From Phoronis australis (Eukaryota; Animalia; Phoronida): a stretch of DNA of 64,000 nt. The stretch is from assembly GCA_002633005.1 (NCBI GenBank), contig NMRA01000010.1, positions 1,804,516-1,868,515 on the forward strand, given 5' to 3'. Below the pieces are notes generated by a model. It was not told where the DNA came from, did no database searches, and worked only from the letters and a program-made list of their open reading frames with translations. Positions 26,801-39,603 of this stretch are shown in pieces; the first letter of the stretch is position 1, and each line of letters starts with the position of its first letter. A program made the position numbers and the translations under genes.

Positions 26801-27076
26801 CGGACGGACACCTACTCGTTCGGCACAGCCATTGTAGCCATTTGCCGCGCCGTACGGAAGCGAATGCCATCCATTTACATGAAAACCATCAATGAGCTTT
26901 TAGGTTTTGGTCAACAATGCCGATCTCACGATGTTAACAATCGACCAAGAACTATGCTGCCTGTAATGAAGAAGATTAAGAAAGTTTCAAAAACCATTGA
27001 GTGGATGGCGGTTAATGGCCACCGCGGTGTAGGCAACGGCGATTACGAATCAAATACTGTTTCCGTAATTTCATGA
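23811..27076 (+). pseudogene. Protein kinase pseudogene, copy 2
   Basis: Exons ~23811-24767, 25405-~25915, 26728-27076. The N-terminal exon has stops and a CT microsatellite, and its donor is deleted. DFG is DFC (25886-25888) and the next donor is GT>TT. APE and DTYSFG are retained. Confidence 0.8.
24089..24147 (+). repeat. (CT)n/(CTCTCC)n microsatellite
   Basis: Pure pyrimidine tract at the position of a CTCTCTC seed seen in copy 3 (~41246). Confidence 0.95.
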
Positions 27077-28135
27077 GAATATGGACTCTTTTCAATTTTG
27101 ATATTTTCAATGTTTATGTTATTATGACTTGAATAAAATTTAATTCTTTGCAAAGTTTTTTTTACTCGCGAATATTGCGAATTTCGAAGTAGAACCTTTT
27201 TCACTGATTGTAACGCAGTAGGCGTCATCGTCATCATCATCATCATCGCCGTCTCACCACCCGACCATAGTCTCCACTTCACAGTCGCCCACGTGATGAT
27301 AGAGCAAGTCAGTAACGCCACAGTCGATTGTTGATACAGTAGTGTTTGCCTTTGTCGATTGTTTATGGTATGTGCTTTTTACCGAAGATTTCGATAATGC
27401 TGCGACGGTAGATGTAGTCAAGCAATAACTAAACGAGGGATTGACTCTACTCTGACTTTAAGTGGTAGGTAAACTGCAAAGAGACAAAAGAAAAATACTG
27501 AATGCAATTCCAGTGGATTACTGGTAAAAACGCTTGCACTAGTAAGTCATTAATTATTTTAACAAGTACAAGACTGCTGAGAATATACAATAAAGGTGAA
27601 ACACTATTTTCTATACTTTATCAAGGCAGTAAATAACCTATACAAAGGTAAATTCACGTCGATATGACCTTTATATAAGACTTTACACAAATCTTCCTAA
27701 TGTTGTAATATTGAGCCGAAAAATGTCATACTACTACTTCACATAGACATGAGTGCGAATAGTAGGATAAAATTAATTACCAGTCAAATGCTTAGGAAAG
27801 AGATAGGTAACAAAAGGATTCGCGCAACCTTTCACACGGCTGGCAGGCTGTAGCTTAGTTTGAAAGTTGGATATAATTATTTTCGACCGATTGCGAGAGA
27901 CACTTACGTTCCTCGTGAACAGCTGATTCTTTCAGGCTTGTATTGTAGAATAGCCAATGGCCGTCTCACCGTCACGCAATTATTTGTTGTGAGAACGTGA
28001 TTGGTTAATAAACATAGACGTCATAAAAGCAATGCGATGACGTTCAAGTTTTGTTGTCACGAATTAAAAAAGATACACGGTTAGGACAATTTAAGAGTAT
28101 AAAGTGGTTGGCAAACGAGGAAAATCACACGTTCA

Positions 28136-31100
28136 ATGAAGCTACATCTTACGAGAGAGCTCTCGTTGTCAAAACAGAGTTCGTGCCGTGCTGTGATGGC
28201 CAGCACGTCGACAGAAAACGGCGATATGCCAAATAACCAGACATCATTTGGGGAGCCCGATATCATGAAGCCAGGGGTTATCTCCATACCTTCTGATACC
28301 CAGAGGAGCGCGGGTGTTTGCAAAGAAACTGAAGAGGTAAAGAATTATTTGAAAAGAATTGAAGACTTGACGGAGGAAAATCGCAAGATGAAATCTGAAA
28401 TAGAAATTGTTCAGAAAGACAGGGACGCAAAGAAACGTCAACTTAAAGCATGGCGACACAAGTCTCGTAAGTGTGTTAACTATTGCACCTTTTACTGTCC
28501 TGTATGATGCGCAGAGAAACTAGACGTTCATCAGAACATTTGTTAAAAATGTCTCTTGTCACGTCGATAATTTTATTGAAAGATCCTAGATACTGTGAGG
28601 ACGCGGATGTACATGACGAACATGAAATTAAACTCCTACTAACTGAAGGCTCATAACGATGTAAGAACTCATAGACAAACGTTTTGTTTTAATCTTTATG
28701 TTGTTATCGTCCGATAATTTGTTTACACTTTTCAGAGGGTTTACGGGAGAAGCTCGACGAATGTAAGAAGGATATGGACCTGATGCATAAACGTTCACTT
28801 GAAAATTATGGTAAGTTGTATGTAGCTAGTGGCCCACGAAGTACAAGGTGTCGACGAAATTGGTCACGTGAATTAAATGTGCCGTATCACTGCTCACTGG
28901 TGCACGTTGATGTGCCCTGTACTCTTGAAAATGCAGATTCATTAGGGGCTTGTTTCAGTTTTTCCTACAGTTTCATCAGTTAAATGTTTTCAACCTTGTT
29001 TGCATTCTCTTTTATAGATGAAGTCGTACTTAAATATGAAGAAGAACATCAAAAAGTTCAAGGACTGCAGATGACGCTGGCGTTGACGCAAGAAAGGTTG
29101 GAGGAACAGACGACAATTGTTGAGCAAATGTGCACAGGTATTTGATTGGTTACTACGTGTTATCTGCGCGTGCGTAACTATGGTGATGCAACTAATTGGG
29201 GTGACAAACAGTTGATACAGACGTTAGTGATTCTAATCAAGTCGAAATTTTGACAAAGTCTTTTTCGACATACCCTATAGTAAAAAGTGCGCTTTCATAA
29301 AAATGTTCTATATATTCGATTTTTGAGCACGTGCTCCTCCGTTTTGTACATTTTAAGTCATTTCGAATAAATTAAAACCTCGTCTGCACAAAACATTAAT
29401 TATAGATTCTGTGTCTTTTGCACGAACAAGGCGTCGAACACTATGACCTCATGTTAAACTTTATGATTGTCTCCTCAAATGCGCGGTTCTACACACGACC
29501 ATTCTTGTACGTAAACCTGCTAATCCCAGACGCGTTTCGCTGTTTTTTGCGTAGCTCCGCCAGAAACTCTCCGTTCATTAACGTGTAAATTTCCTTCGCA
29601 GACGGTGCCGCAAAATCCGAAGAACGCCTGAAAGAAAAGTGCGACCTTCAGGTGGCGCTGACGACGATGACTCGTGAAAAGCATAGTGAGCTGATTTTAA
29701 GAGAAGAGCCAACATGGACAGGTACATCACTGATTTATGCATCCCGCTACCTATGCATACTGGTGTGTAGCACTTCGTTTTTCAATGATAAAATGAATTG
29801 TGGAATCGTTGTCTATTACAAAATACACAAAAGACGTTTGCTCGAGGGCATTCATTACATGTAAAAATGTGTGTTTGAACATTGTGTCATCTTCAACAAA
29901 ATGTCCACGTCAATGGTTGTTGCTGGTTAAAGACATTGAAGTAATTTTGTATCGAACTATAATTATATCCTGTTGTTTTTGATCGAGTTGTGGTTAACTT
30001 GGGAAATATAGCGATTAAAACGAGTTATTTCCCTGCAGGAGAGCTCGTGTCGCAAACAAGAGTCAACAACAAAATGACTGAAGACATTAAATCCGTGTTA
30101 GCCGAAGAAAAAGGCCAGTTTCGAGCTACAGACACCACAGACGATGAGAATAGTAAACGCCTGCAACAAACAAATGGCTTACACTTAGCTTTGAGAAAGA
30201 ACATGGAGAGAGTTGGCAAGATGTCCGATCATTTAGCTACCCTCACCCAGTCGGTTGANTCCAATTTTTACCGCGCTCGCTAGGTGATGTGACTTCATCA
30301 CCTCAATCTTTAGGCCAAAGGTGAGCCATTGCGGTCTTGTCAGTCAAATGTTCGTTTCCAAAATGCCATCACTTATACTTGTCTTTAATTGGCGTTACTT
30401 GAAACTGATTGTATTTCAATGAATTGTTGTTTGTATTTGATAAAAATAAATGCTGTTGATATGACATTTAATAATCTTTGTGCACATATTTGACATTTTA
30501 ATGTTTAACAACACGGCAAATGCGCGGCTGGTTCCCGGCAGCACGTACGCAAAGGGCGGGAACTTCAGCTTTCAAAGTTCGCCGGTAGGATGGCAACTTC
30601 TGACCTTCGGCCTGGTTAAAAAAAATGAAAATGTTGATTTCACGATTTTGGGAACTGAAATAGGGACTGCTCGAAGAAAAAGTTTCATAACGGGAGTATT
30701 TATTCGAGTTGGAAGGAATTAAACACATCGACAACCTCCTAAGGTGTTCCTCTATGCGCAAAAGGTATTTATAACAACGTGACTTTGATGGTTTAGTCCA
30801 CAGGCGCTTGGGTTTATCGCAAATGACGTCACTCAATAATATATATAAGAAAACATAAAGGTTGAGTGACGTCATTTGCGATAAACCCAAGCGCCTGTGG
30901 TTTAGTCGGTGCGAGGCATAATTCCCCGAAAAGCTTCCGGCGTACAGAGCGCCTATAGGAGCTGCATCGCCTCTGGTTCGGGCCAACAGAGGCGATGGTC
31001 ATTGCCTACACTGATTTATGCATCCCGCTAAAATGAATACTGGTGTGTAGTACTTCGTTTTTCAATGATAAAATGAATGGTGGAATCGTTGTCTATTACA

Positions 31101-32187
31101 AAATACACAAAAGACGTTTGCTCAAGGGCATTCATTATATGTGAAAATGTGTGTTTGAATATTGTGTAATCTTCAACAAAATGTTAACTTCAATGGTGGT
31201 TGCTGGTTAAAGACATTGAAGTAATTTTGTATCGAATTATAATTATATCCTGTTGTTTTTGATCGAGTTGTGGTTAAATTGGGAAATATAGTGATTAAAA
31301 CGAGATATTTCCCTGCAGGTGAGCTCGTCTCGCAAACAAGTGTCAACAACAAATTGACTGGAGATACTAAATCCGTGTTAGCCGAAGAAAAAGGCCAGTG
31401 TCGAGCTACAGACACCACAGACGATGAGAATAGGAAACGTCTGCAACAAACAAATGGCTTCCACTTAGCTTTGAGAAAGAACATGGAGAGAGTTGGCAAG
31501 ATGTCCGATCATTTAGCTACCCTCACCCAGTCGGTTGAAGAACTGATACCTGAGTTGTTCTCAATGTCCAAGAAGTGCGAAGTTCAGCAAAACCTCATTG
31601 CTGCGCTAGTAGCGAAAAATGCTGTCTTAGAAGCGGACATGTCATCTCTTGCTTTGGAAAAAGTTGCGGACGAAAAAGGTCGCAAGTTTTTGTTAGCAGC
31701 CACCGTTATTTGTGCGTTATGTAAAGACATGGAACTCAAGCAATCAAACGACGTGATTCGTCGCTTGAACCACGAGCTGGGACAGTTTAAACAAAATCAA
31801 ATTGAGCTTGAGAAGGAAAATCTAAGAAAAGATTACGTCATCGAGACGCTCCAGAAGTGTCAATTTGAAACGATTCTTCAAAAACTTAAGAAGCTCAAGC
31901 CTAATACCACCGTTAGAGAGGGAGACTCAATTGAAAGGTGCAAGAAAATAAATCACCTAGTTAATGAATTAGCTGAGCAGAAGCGCCACGCGAATGGCTT
32001 ACGTGAAGAACTTGAATTGCGCTCTCGAGAAATTAACGAACTAAGCCAGAGCCAGCACGCGCAAAACGTACAGATAGAGAAATATGTCAGAACTATTATG
32101 GGCCTGAAAGAGGAAAATTGTCAACTGAAATCCCAGATGGAGAGTCTTCAGGAACATAGTGAAGGACTGGATCGGCAAATTGGAATT
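28136..32187 (+). CDS. Orphan coiled-coil protein, copy 2 (broken by single-N joins)
   Basis: Exons 1-4 and the start of exon 5 run to 30257; N at 30258. Exon 5 is repeated at 31319-32187; N at 32188, then 3' UTR. No stops in the sequenced exons. Confidence 0.6.
30259..31008. mobile_element. Right part of the same MULE-like element
   Basis: Near-identical to ~16014-16728; ends GGTCATTGCCTA followed by CACTGATTT. Confidence 0.85.
30799..30899. mobile_element. 101-bp MITE with 38-bp perfect TIRs and 8-bp TSD, nested in the MULE TIR
   Basis: CACAGGCGCTTGGGTTTATCGCAAATGACGTCACTCAA...TTGAGTGACGTCATTTGCGATAAACCCAAGCGCCTGTG flanked by GTTTAGTC (30791-30798, 30900-30907). Confidence 0.92.
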
Positions 32188-33656
32188 NCACTCGCAAACT
32201 TAACGCAAGAGGGAATTTGTGTTTTACGATTTTCTATTATTTCTTGTTATCATATTGACATTTACTTGATTTGTCCAATAAATGTTTAAGTATTATTACG
32301 ATTCCGTATCAATATACTACATCTTGTCGAAAAGTAAGATGGATACCCTTAACTGAACGAAACAGTCGTTTCACTCATGATTTGGGCCCATTATTTTTGA
32401 TCGACATATGACTCTAATAAACACTAACTGCGTCAGAAGTAAGTTCACAGAGATGAAAAGGAGGCCGAGGTAGGCGTTATAAAGTCATTTATGATGACGA
32501 AATACAATTACAGGGAATATGATACAGAATGAAAATAACGATTTCCCTTTTCCCTCTTGCTCGTTTTCTGGTTCAAAATGCCACACTCCAAAGGGGCATT
32601 ATTGGTTTATTGCAGAAAAACTCATTCTGGGTATTTTTGTTGTATGCGTTAAACTTCTTTAAGTTGTGGATATAAGCTTTGATCAGGACGTTTTTCTGAT
32701 CTTGAGCTTAATTGTCTGACAAACATTCCGTGCTGAGGTTGATCTTCCTCTTAACACAACAAGGAGCACTAAAAATGTATGCTTCCCTTTGTTCTCTATC
32801 GACGTAATAAAAACGCCGGAACAGCTAGTTAACCAATTTATTATCCCCCCAAACACATCGATGAAACAAACGATTGGCTGAAGCTGAAAAATTAAACGTC
32901 TTGTCACGCCGGAACAGAAACAGGGCCTGACAAAAACGGACGAAAGGATTCGACGCTAGGGGCGGCACAAGAATTTTGTTGCAAAAAAGAACGCTTTTGT
33001 AGCTTTAGAACCCAAAAAATTATTTTTAGGGAGTACAAGGCGTCTTTTAGTAAGGAAGACACCTCCCCTCCCTTCATCCTCCACGCGGGTGCCCATGTCG
33101 ACCACAGGATCATCATTCTAAGGAAGCGTTCACTTTAACTACGCTCTAATGGGAGGTATTTGTTCTGTGATGCAGCAAGTAATGGGTCAACTTTGAGCGG
33201 AAACAACAAAGGAACTGTTTTAACCTCGACAAAACTGATATCTTTTCATACTAAAGACACAGATTCTTTGTTTCGTGTTGGTTGTGGCCTAAAATGAGAA
33301 CTATCATTCCAGTTTCTGAATACCTTGACAGGTGCGAAGAAACGTTAGCTGCTTCTGAATTAAGACTATAAAATTAAAAACAGGACGATCGCCGCACAAA
33401 TAAAAAAGCTCACATTCAGTCAACGTTTCGTCATCAGGGTGATGTCTAATGAATAGACGAAACGTTGATTGAACGTGAGCTTTTTTATTTGTGCGGCGAT
33501 CGTCCGGTTTTTCATCCTACTGTGGCCAAAAACTGGTATAATTTTAAAGACTATTAGGTGACGTAAAAATGAAGAACGTCACCATGACGCATTTTTCATG
33601 TCTACCATTATGGAGACAAGTCGCAAAATACTGTTGCGATTTTTGTGAAAAGTAGT

Positions 33657-33800
33657 ATGGGTAAATTTTTGAAGAATCTTCGAGCATGCCTGTCATGCCT
33701 GTGTTGCCAACTTTTCTGCTTGAAGAGTACGGCGATGGATGAAGACAAAGAGAGTCTTGATAATGAGGCAAGTGAAAATTCAACACTAAAATGGGAATAA
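33657..33800 (+). CDS. Putative small lipid-anchored protein (47 aa), copy 2
   Basis: MGKFLKNLRACLSCLCCQLFCLKSTAMDEDKESLDNEASENSTLKWE. Confidence 0.35.
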   Translation: MGKFLKNLRACLSCLCCQLFCLKSTAMDEDKESLDNEASENSTLKWE

Positions 33801-34839
33801 TTTTGGCCACGGATTCGAAAAGACCGTGGCTCCCTCTTTTGGAGAGGGAGTGCATGAAATGTATTCTTCATAGAATAGTTTAGCTTTACTGAGACAGTTA
33901 CGGAAATATGAGCTAAATTGTCGTGCGCATTTGAAACTTGAAAACATGAAGTTTTTTTTATTGTGAACGCAGATTTTTAGCTCTATAATTTAAAAGATTG
34001 GACCAAAAGGAAAACTAAATCACCTAGGGTTGACCAAGTAATCGATCTACATGTCTTGATTGGATAACGTGAACTGTGTCTGTTTAAAAATACCACTTCT
34101 TGGATTACTGGTCCCCAAATTTGGGCTATAGGTCAGAGGTCACGGCCATGACTGAACTTGAGGGCCGGTACCAGGGCGAGCTTAGCAGTGAAGGCCATAA
34201 AACTACAAAGACAGCCAGGAGTATTATAATTTTTATTTAAATATATACATATGGCCATAGGCCCAAAGTATAACATATACAAGACAGTACATTGTTAGGT
34301 GTGTTACAAACTGCTTAGTAAATTGTGAGTCTTGAGAGCTTGGTGGACAAATTTTAGATGCAGGGTATCCGGAGTTGTCATGAGATATTCAAATTTAGAT
34401 GTCGTGGGAGAATGACAAAAACGATCACTTAAGTACTTAACCCGAAGGTCTTGGTAGGCAACGGCTGCAAACTAACACAAGGTGATATTCGTCCCCTACG
34501 CATCCTGAATTACATAACTCACACAACCTATTTTCACAGGGAATATTTGTGTGGAGACCTCATTTCACTAGCAACGAATGATTTGAGGATCACAATCGAA
34601 TCACAGATTGGATAAAACCACGTGGGATACTAACTATTTCTAAATAATTCTCTAGACAATACATTATTTTAAACCTCAGATAGTAAAACAGTTTTGCGTT
34701 ACATCAGATTGCCAGCCTTGTAAATAACAGTCACTGACACGCTTGGAAAAAACTGTCAAGAAATACGCTGTATTAACCTTCAGAAGCAAGGGGGCACCTT
34801 CAAATAAGGTGACAGCATGACAGCTCAGGAAGAAAACTT

Positions 34840-35040
34840 CGGGACAACATGTCTCATCATCATCATAATGACTGATCGGGACATCATGTCTCATCATCAA
34901 CATAATGACTGATCGGGACATCATGTCTCATCATCAACATCATGTCTCATCATAAACATCATGTCTCATCATCAACATCATGTCTCATCATCAACATCAT
35001 GTCTCATCATCAACATCATGTCTCATCATCATGACTCATC
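34840..35040 (+). repeat. Minisatellite (37-bp units decaying to 19-bp CATCATGTCTCATCATCAA units)
   Basis: Tandem units of the same family as 8385-8630. Confidence 0.9.
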
Positions 35041-38000
35041 ACATTCATGTCATGATTTATGCACTGTTCTTCGTCCAAATTGTTGTTAGAAATTGTTTTT
35101 AAAATTTTCCACTTTTGCATTGGGGGCTATCGAACCTTTATGATTTTAATGAAAAACTCCAAAGTTGCACGGAACGAAAGCGATATAATAATTTAAAAAA
35201 TTGTAACATTCTTTTTGACATTTCATCTTGAAGACTTAAGTCGAACGAAATTTGATCATGTTAATGATACCGTTGTTTTTTCGTGGATGTACCTTGCTGT
35301 TTTGATAATTTTTTTACTGAAACATTTTGATCACGTGACCCAATTAATAGCAGACAGGTGCTAAGTCTAAAATCAAGGTCTAAGCCTTCCTACTTTCAAA
35401 AAATATAAAAACATTTACTGCGTTATTGCAGATATTTGTTTAAAAATTACAAGTATTCTGTCTGAAACTTGCGTTATAATTTATACATGCTACTTTCCTC
35501 CCGAGGGTTCAAATAGAAGTAAGAACATTGATGACATTTATTCTCATCTCACCAACCAATTGTATAACTTTAGTGATGTTGACAATTTCTTCATTTGTGG
35601 GGACTTTAACGCAAGAACAGGAAACAAACTAGATTTCATTCAGGATATTGACGAAGTAGGCCCAAGGCAGATCATAGATTTTCAGAACAATCGACTTGGT
35701 GATGCTTTAATTGACTTTGTGAAAGACTCTAAATTGGCTATTGTTAATGGCAGAATTACTCCAGAATTTGTCAACTTTACCTCTGTCTCGGTTAGAGGAA
35801 ATGCTGTTGTAGATTGTATTTTAACTGACCAAAATAATTTGAAGAATTGTGTATCGATTTCTGTTACAAATACTTCTGATATTATTGATATGTTAGATAT
35901 CCACGCATTGATTGGGCCAAGATGTAAAGCACCAGATCATTCTGTTATTGTTTTAAAGTTTAAAATCTCCTCGCCTGGAGTGTGTTCATCTGGTATCGAC
36001 AGAGCTTTAGAATCAGATACTCTTTCGAAAAAACGTAAAAATGACACCTCCAATATCCCTGTAGAATTTAGTAATAATGTGACATTTAGTGAAGAAGTTT
36101 TACGTTTAATTGAGTCATTATTGTTATCCTATGAAAATCAGAACCAACTTGATATAGTGCACCAATTAATTAAAGAAATGGGTCCCTTGCTGGACTACAA
36201 GGGTTATTATCCGAGTCGTAAACTATGAAAGTATTTTTAAAGGAATCAGCCTTAATGGAATTCGGAACTTAAGAATTTGTGGAAAATTTTAAAAGACGTT
36301 GAGAAACAACTTTCAAGAAGTCAAAGAGGAGGCGGCAAGTATTTCTGTCTGCTCAATATAAATTTGACAAGAAACTAAAATGCGCGAAGCGCCCATAGCA
36401 GTTAAAGGTTCAGATTGAAATTGAGAATTTGAGTACTGAAAATCCTAAGGATTTCTGAGCATATATTAAAATTAAAAAACTGGGACCAAAACAGTTTAGC
36501 GAAGTTCCCCTGAAAGTCTTGGATTCAAATAGTGAAATAAACTCTGATAGAAATTTTGTTCTAAATAAATGGAAAAGTGATTACAGACAATTATTTAAAT
36601 GCACTTCTGAAAATACACCATTTGATGATGAATTTTATTTGAAAACCTTGAATTTGCGCAAGCAGCTAGAAAATGATTGTTCTAAAATAATTGATCATGG
36701 CTTGAATTGTGAAATCTATAACTGATAAGGTTAGAAATGTTGTTATGAAAACAAAGAATAACAAAGTCGTCGGCTATAACTGTATAACTTATGAGGTGTT
36801 AAGTTTCGAAACTATTGTTGTTTTTCAAACCCAGTTATTCAATGAATCTTTAAACGTTGACTAATGCCTTCTGACTGGTATAAGGCAATTATAATCCCGA
36901 TACCTAAGAATTCTACAGACGACCCTAGATTACCTTTGAACTACCGTGGGATTAGTCTTCTTTCAAATATGTATAAAGTCTTAAGTGCTGTGTTGAATAA
37001 TAGATTTTTGGGTTTCTGTGAACAGAACAATAGTTTAGTTGACTAGCAAAATGGTTTTCGAAGCCAACGGCCCTGTATTGATCACTTATATCTCATTTAT
37101 TCAAACAAGAAAGTCGTCTAACCTGTCTACATTTGTGACATTTTTGGACATAAAAAAAGCTTTTGACTGTTTTATAAATTATTGCAAAATAATATTAATG
37201 GTAGAATGTATGATGCAATTCGTATGATTTACAGAAGTCCGTTGAAGTGTATAAGATTAAATGGCACTCTGTATAGTGGTTCGTTCATTCATGAAAATGG
37301 TGTCCATCAGGGGGGGGGGGCATTTTATCACCGACACTCTCTGCTTCATATATAAATGACTTAGCTCTGGACAAAAAAAAATTGGGTAAAGGTGTCAAAT
37401 GTGGCCCGAACAATATTTCAGTGCTTCTTTATGCCGACGATATTGCACTTTTGTCTGAGAATGAAAATGACATGCAAGATATGTTGAAGGTTTTAAATAA
37501 CGAGGAGAATGGTTGTAAACATGGCAAAAACTAATGTCCATTTTCGAGCTAAGTCTATGCCTAGAAGCAATTTTAAATTTATTTTGAACAGTGTCATCTG
37601 TTATAAATCCTCATACAAATATTTGGGCTGTATTCTGGATCAACACCTTGACTTCAATAAAAATTGAATACGTTATCTGAAGCTTCTGGTAGAGCGTTAG
37701 GGAAGATATGCTCAACATTCCGTGATAACAAGAATCTAGGATTCGAAACGTTTCAAACATTATTTAATTCGTGTGCACCAATTTGGATTACGTGTCATCT
37801 ATTTGGGGTTACAAAAATTTTGGTAATGATGAAAATATTCAAAACAGAGCTATGCGTTTTTATTTAGGGGTCAACCGATTTACAGCCACTCATACTCGGT
37901 TAGTGGCGATATGGGGTGGGACTCCACCGGAAATACATTTAAATTGAATATGCTGCGTCTTTGGAGCAAACTAGCGACCACAGGTGGTGACAGGTTACTG

Positions 38001-38089
38001 GTATTTCTATGGGACCACTCTGTTGGTAGAAATGGTTGGATAGACGGAATCAAAAATTTGTTTATACCATAACTGGCATGCAATCTTGA

Positions 38090-39603
38090 ACACATTTAAA
38101 ATTGGTTTGTCTATTAACCTCTATGGGACCACTCTGTTGGTAGAAAGGGTTGGATAGACGGAATCAAAAATTTGTTTATACCATAACTGGCATGCAATCT
38201 TGAACACATTTAAAATTGGTTTGTCTATTAACCTCTTTAAATATTATTATGATCCCGTATTAATATACTAGTAAAAAATAACCCTCAACTCTATCAAGCC
38301 GTCAATGTTTGCTCACGGGCGATTGCGACCCATTATTTTCTTTATTTGGTGCTTTTAATTTTGCATGTACCTTTCTTTTTACTGTACAAATTTACTTTCA
38401 TTTTCACTTAAATTCTACACTGTTCGTTTTTTTCTTCCAAATTCTCTCCCATACATCCGGGCCTTTCTTCCATTTCCCCATTCCCCTTTTCCCTCTTGCT
38501 CGTTTTCTGGTATAAAATGCCACACTCCAAAGGGGCATTATGGGTTTATTGTAGAAAAACTCATTTTGGGTATTTTTGTTGTATGGGTTAAACTTCTTTA
38601 AGTTGTGGATATAAGCTTTGATCAGAACGTTTTTCTGATCTTGAGCTTAATTGTCTAACAAACATTCTGTGCTGAGGTAGTTGCTTTTAACAAAACAGGT
38701 AGGAGCACCTAACCATGTATGCTTCCCCTTGGTCTTCATATACGTAACAAAAACACTGGAACATCTAGTTAACCAATTTATTTTCCTCCAAAGACATCGA
38801 AGAAAGAAAATTAAACGTCTGATGCATAAACAGGACATGACAAAAGCATACGAAAGGATTCGACGCTAGGGGCACCACAAGAATTTTCTTGCAGAAAAAT
38901 GAACCGTTTTGTAGCGTTCATCCCAAAAAGAATCATTTTGTAGGGAGTTCAAGGCAGCTTTTAGTAAGGACGACACCTCCCCTCCCTCCATCCTCAAAAT
39001 GTCCTCGCGGGTGCCCATGTCGACCACAGAATCATCAGTAAGGAAGCGTTCACTTTAACTACGCTCTAAGGGGAGGTATTTTTTGTGTGATGCAGCAAGT
39101 AACGGGTCAACTTTGAGTGGAAACAACAAAGCAAGTGTTTAAGCTAGACAAAACTGATATCTTTTCATATAAAAGACACAGATTCTTTGATTCGTGTTGG
39201 TTGTGGCCTAAAATGCGAAATATCGTTTCATGTTCTCGTTCTCCTTGCCAGCTGAGACCAACTGTTAGCTGCTTCTGAATTAAGACTATAAAGTGACGTA
39301 AAAATGAAAAACGTCACCATGACGCATTTTTCATGTCTGCTATTATGGAGACAAGTCGCAAAAAGCTGTTGCGATTTTTGTGAAAACTGATATGGGTAAA
39401 TTTTTGAAGAATCTTCGAGCATGCTTGTCATGCCTGTGTTGTCAACTTTTCTGCTTGAAGAGTACGGCGATAGATGAAGACAATGAGAATTTTGAAAATG
39501 AGGCAAGTGAAAATCTAACAAACGGGAATAATTTTGGCCACGGATTCGCACAGACCGTGGCTCCCTCTTGTGGCGAGGAAGTACATGAAATGTAGTTTAG
39601 CTA
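38090..39603 (+). repeat. Fragment of the tandem cassette (region 3' of the coiled-coil gene) inserted inside the LINE
   Basis: Homologous to ~52630-52990 and ~19270-20580. Flanked by a duplicated ~45-bp LINE segment GATAGACGG.ATCAAAAATTTGTTTA..ATAACTGGCATGCAA. Confidence 0.85.
39392..39595 (+). CDS. Putative small lipid-anchored protein (67 aa), third copy
   Basis: MGKFLKNLRACLSCLCCQLFCLKSTAIDEDNENFENEASENLTNGNNFGHGFAQTVAPSCGEEVHEM, with TATAAA and TGACGT ~100 bp upstream. Confidence 0.4.
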   Translation: MGKFLKNLRACLSCLCCQLFCLKSTAIDEDNENFENEASENLTNGNNFGHGFAQTVAPSCGEEVHEM

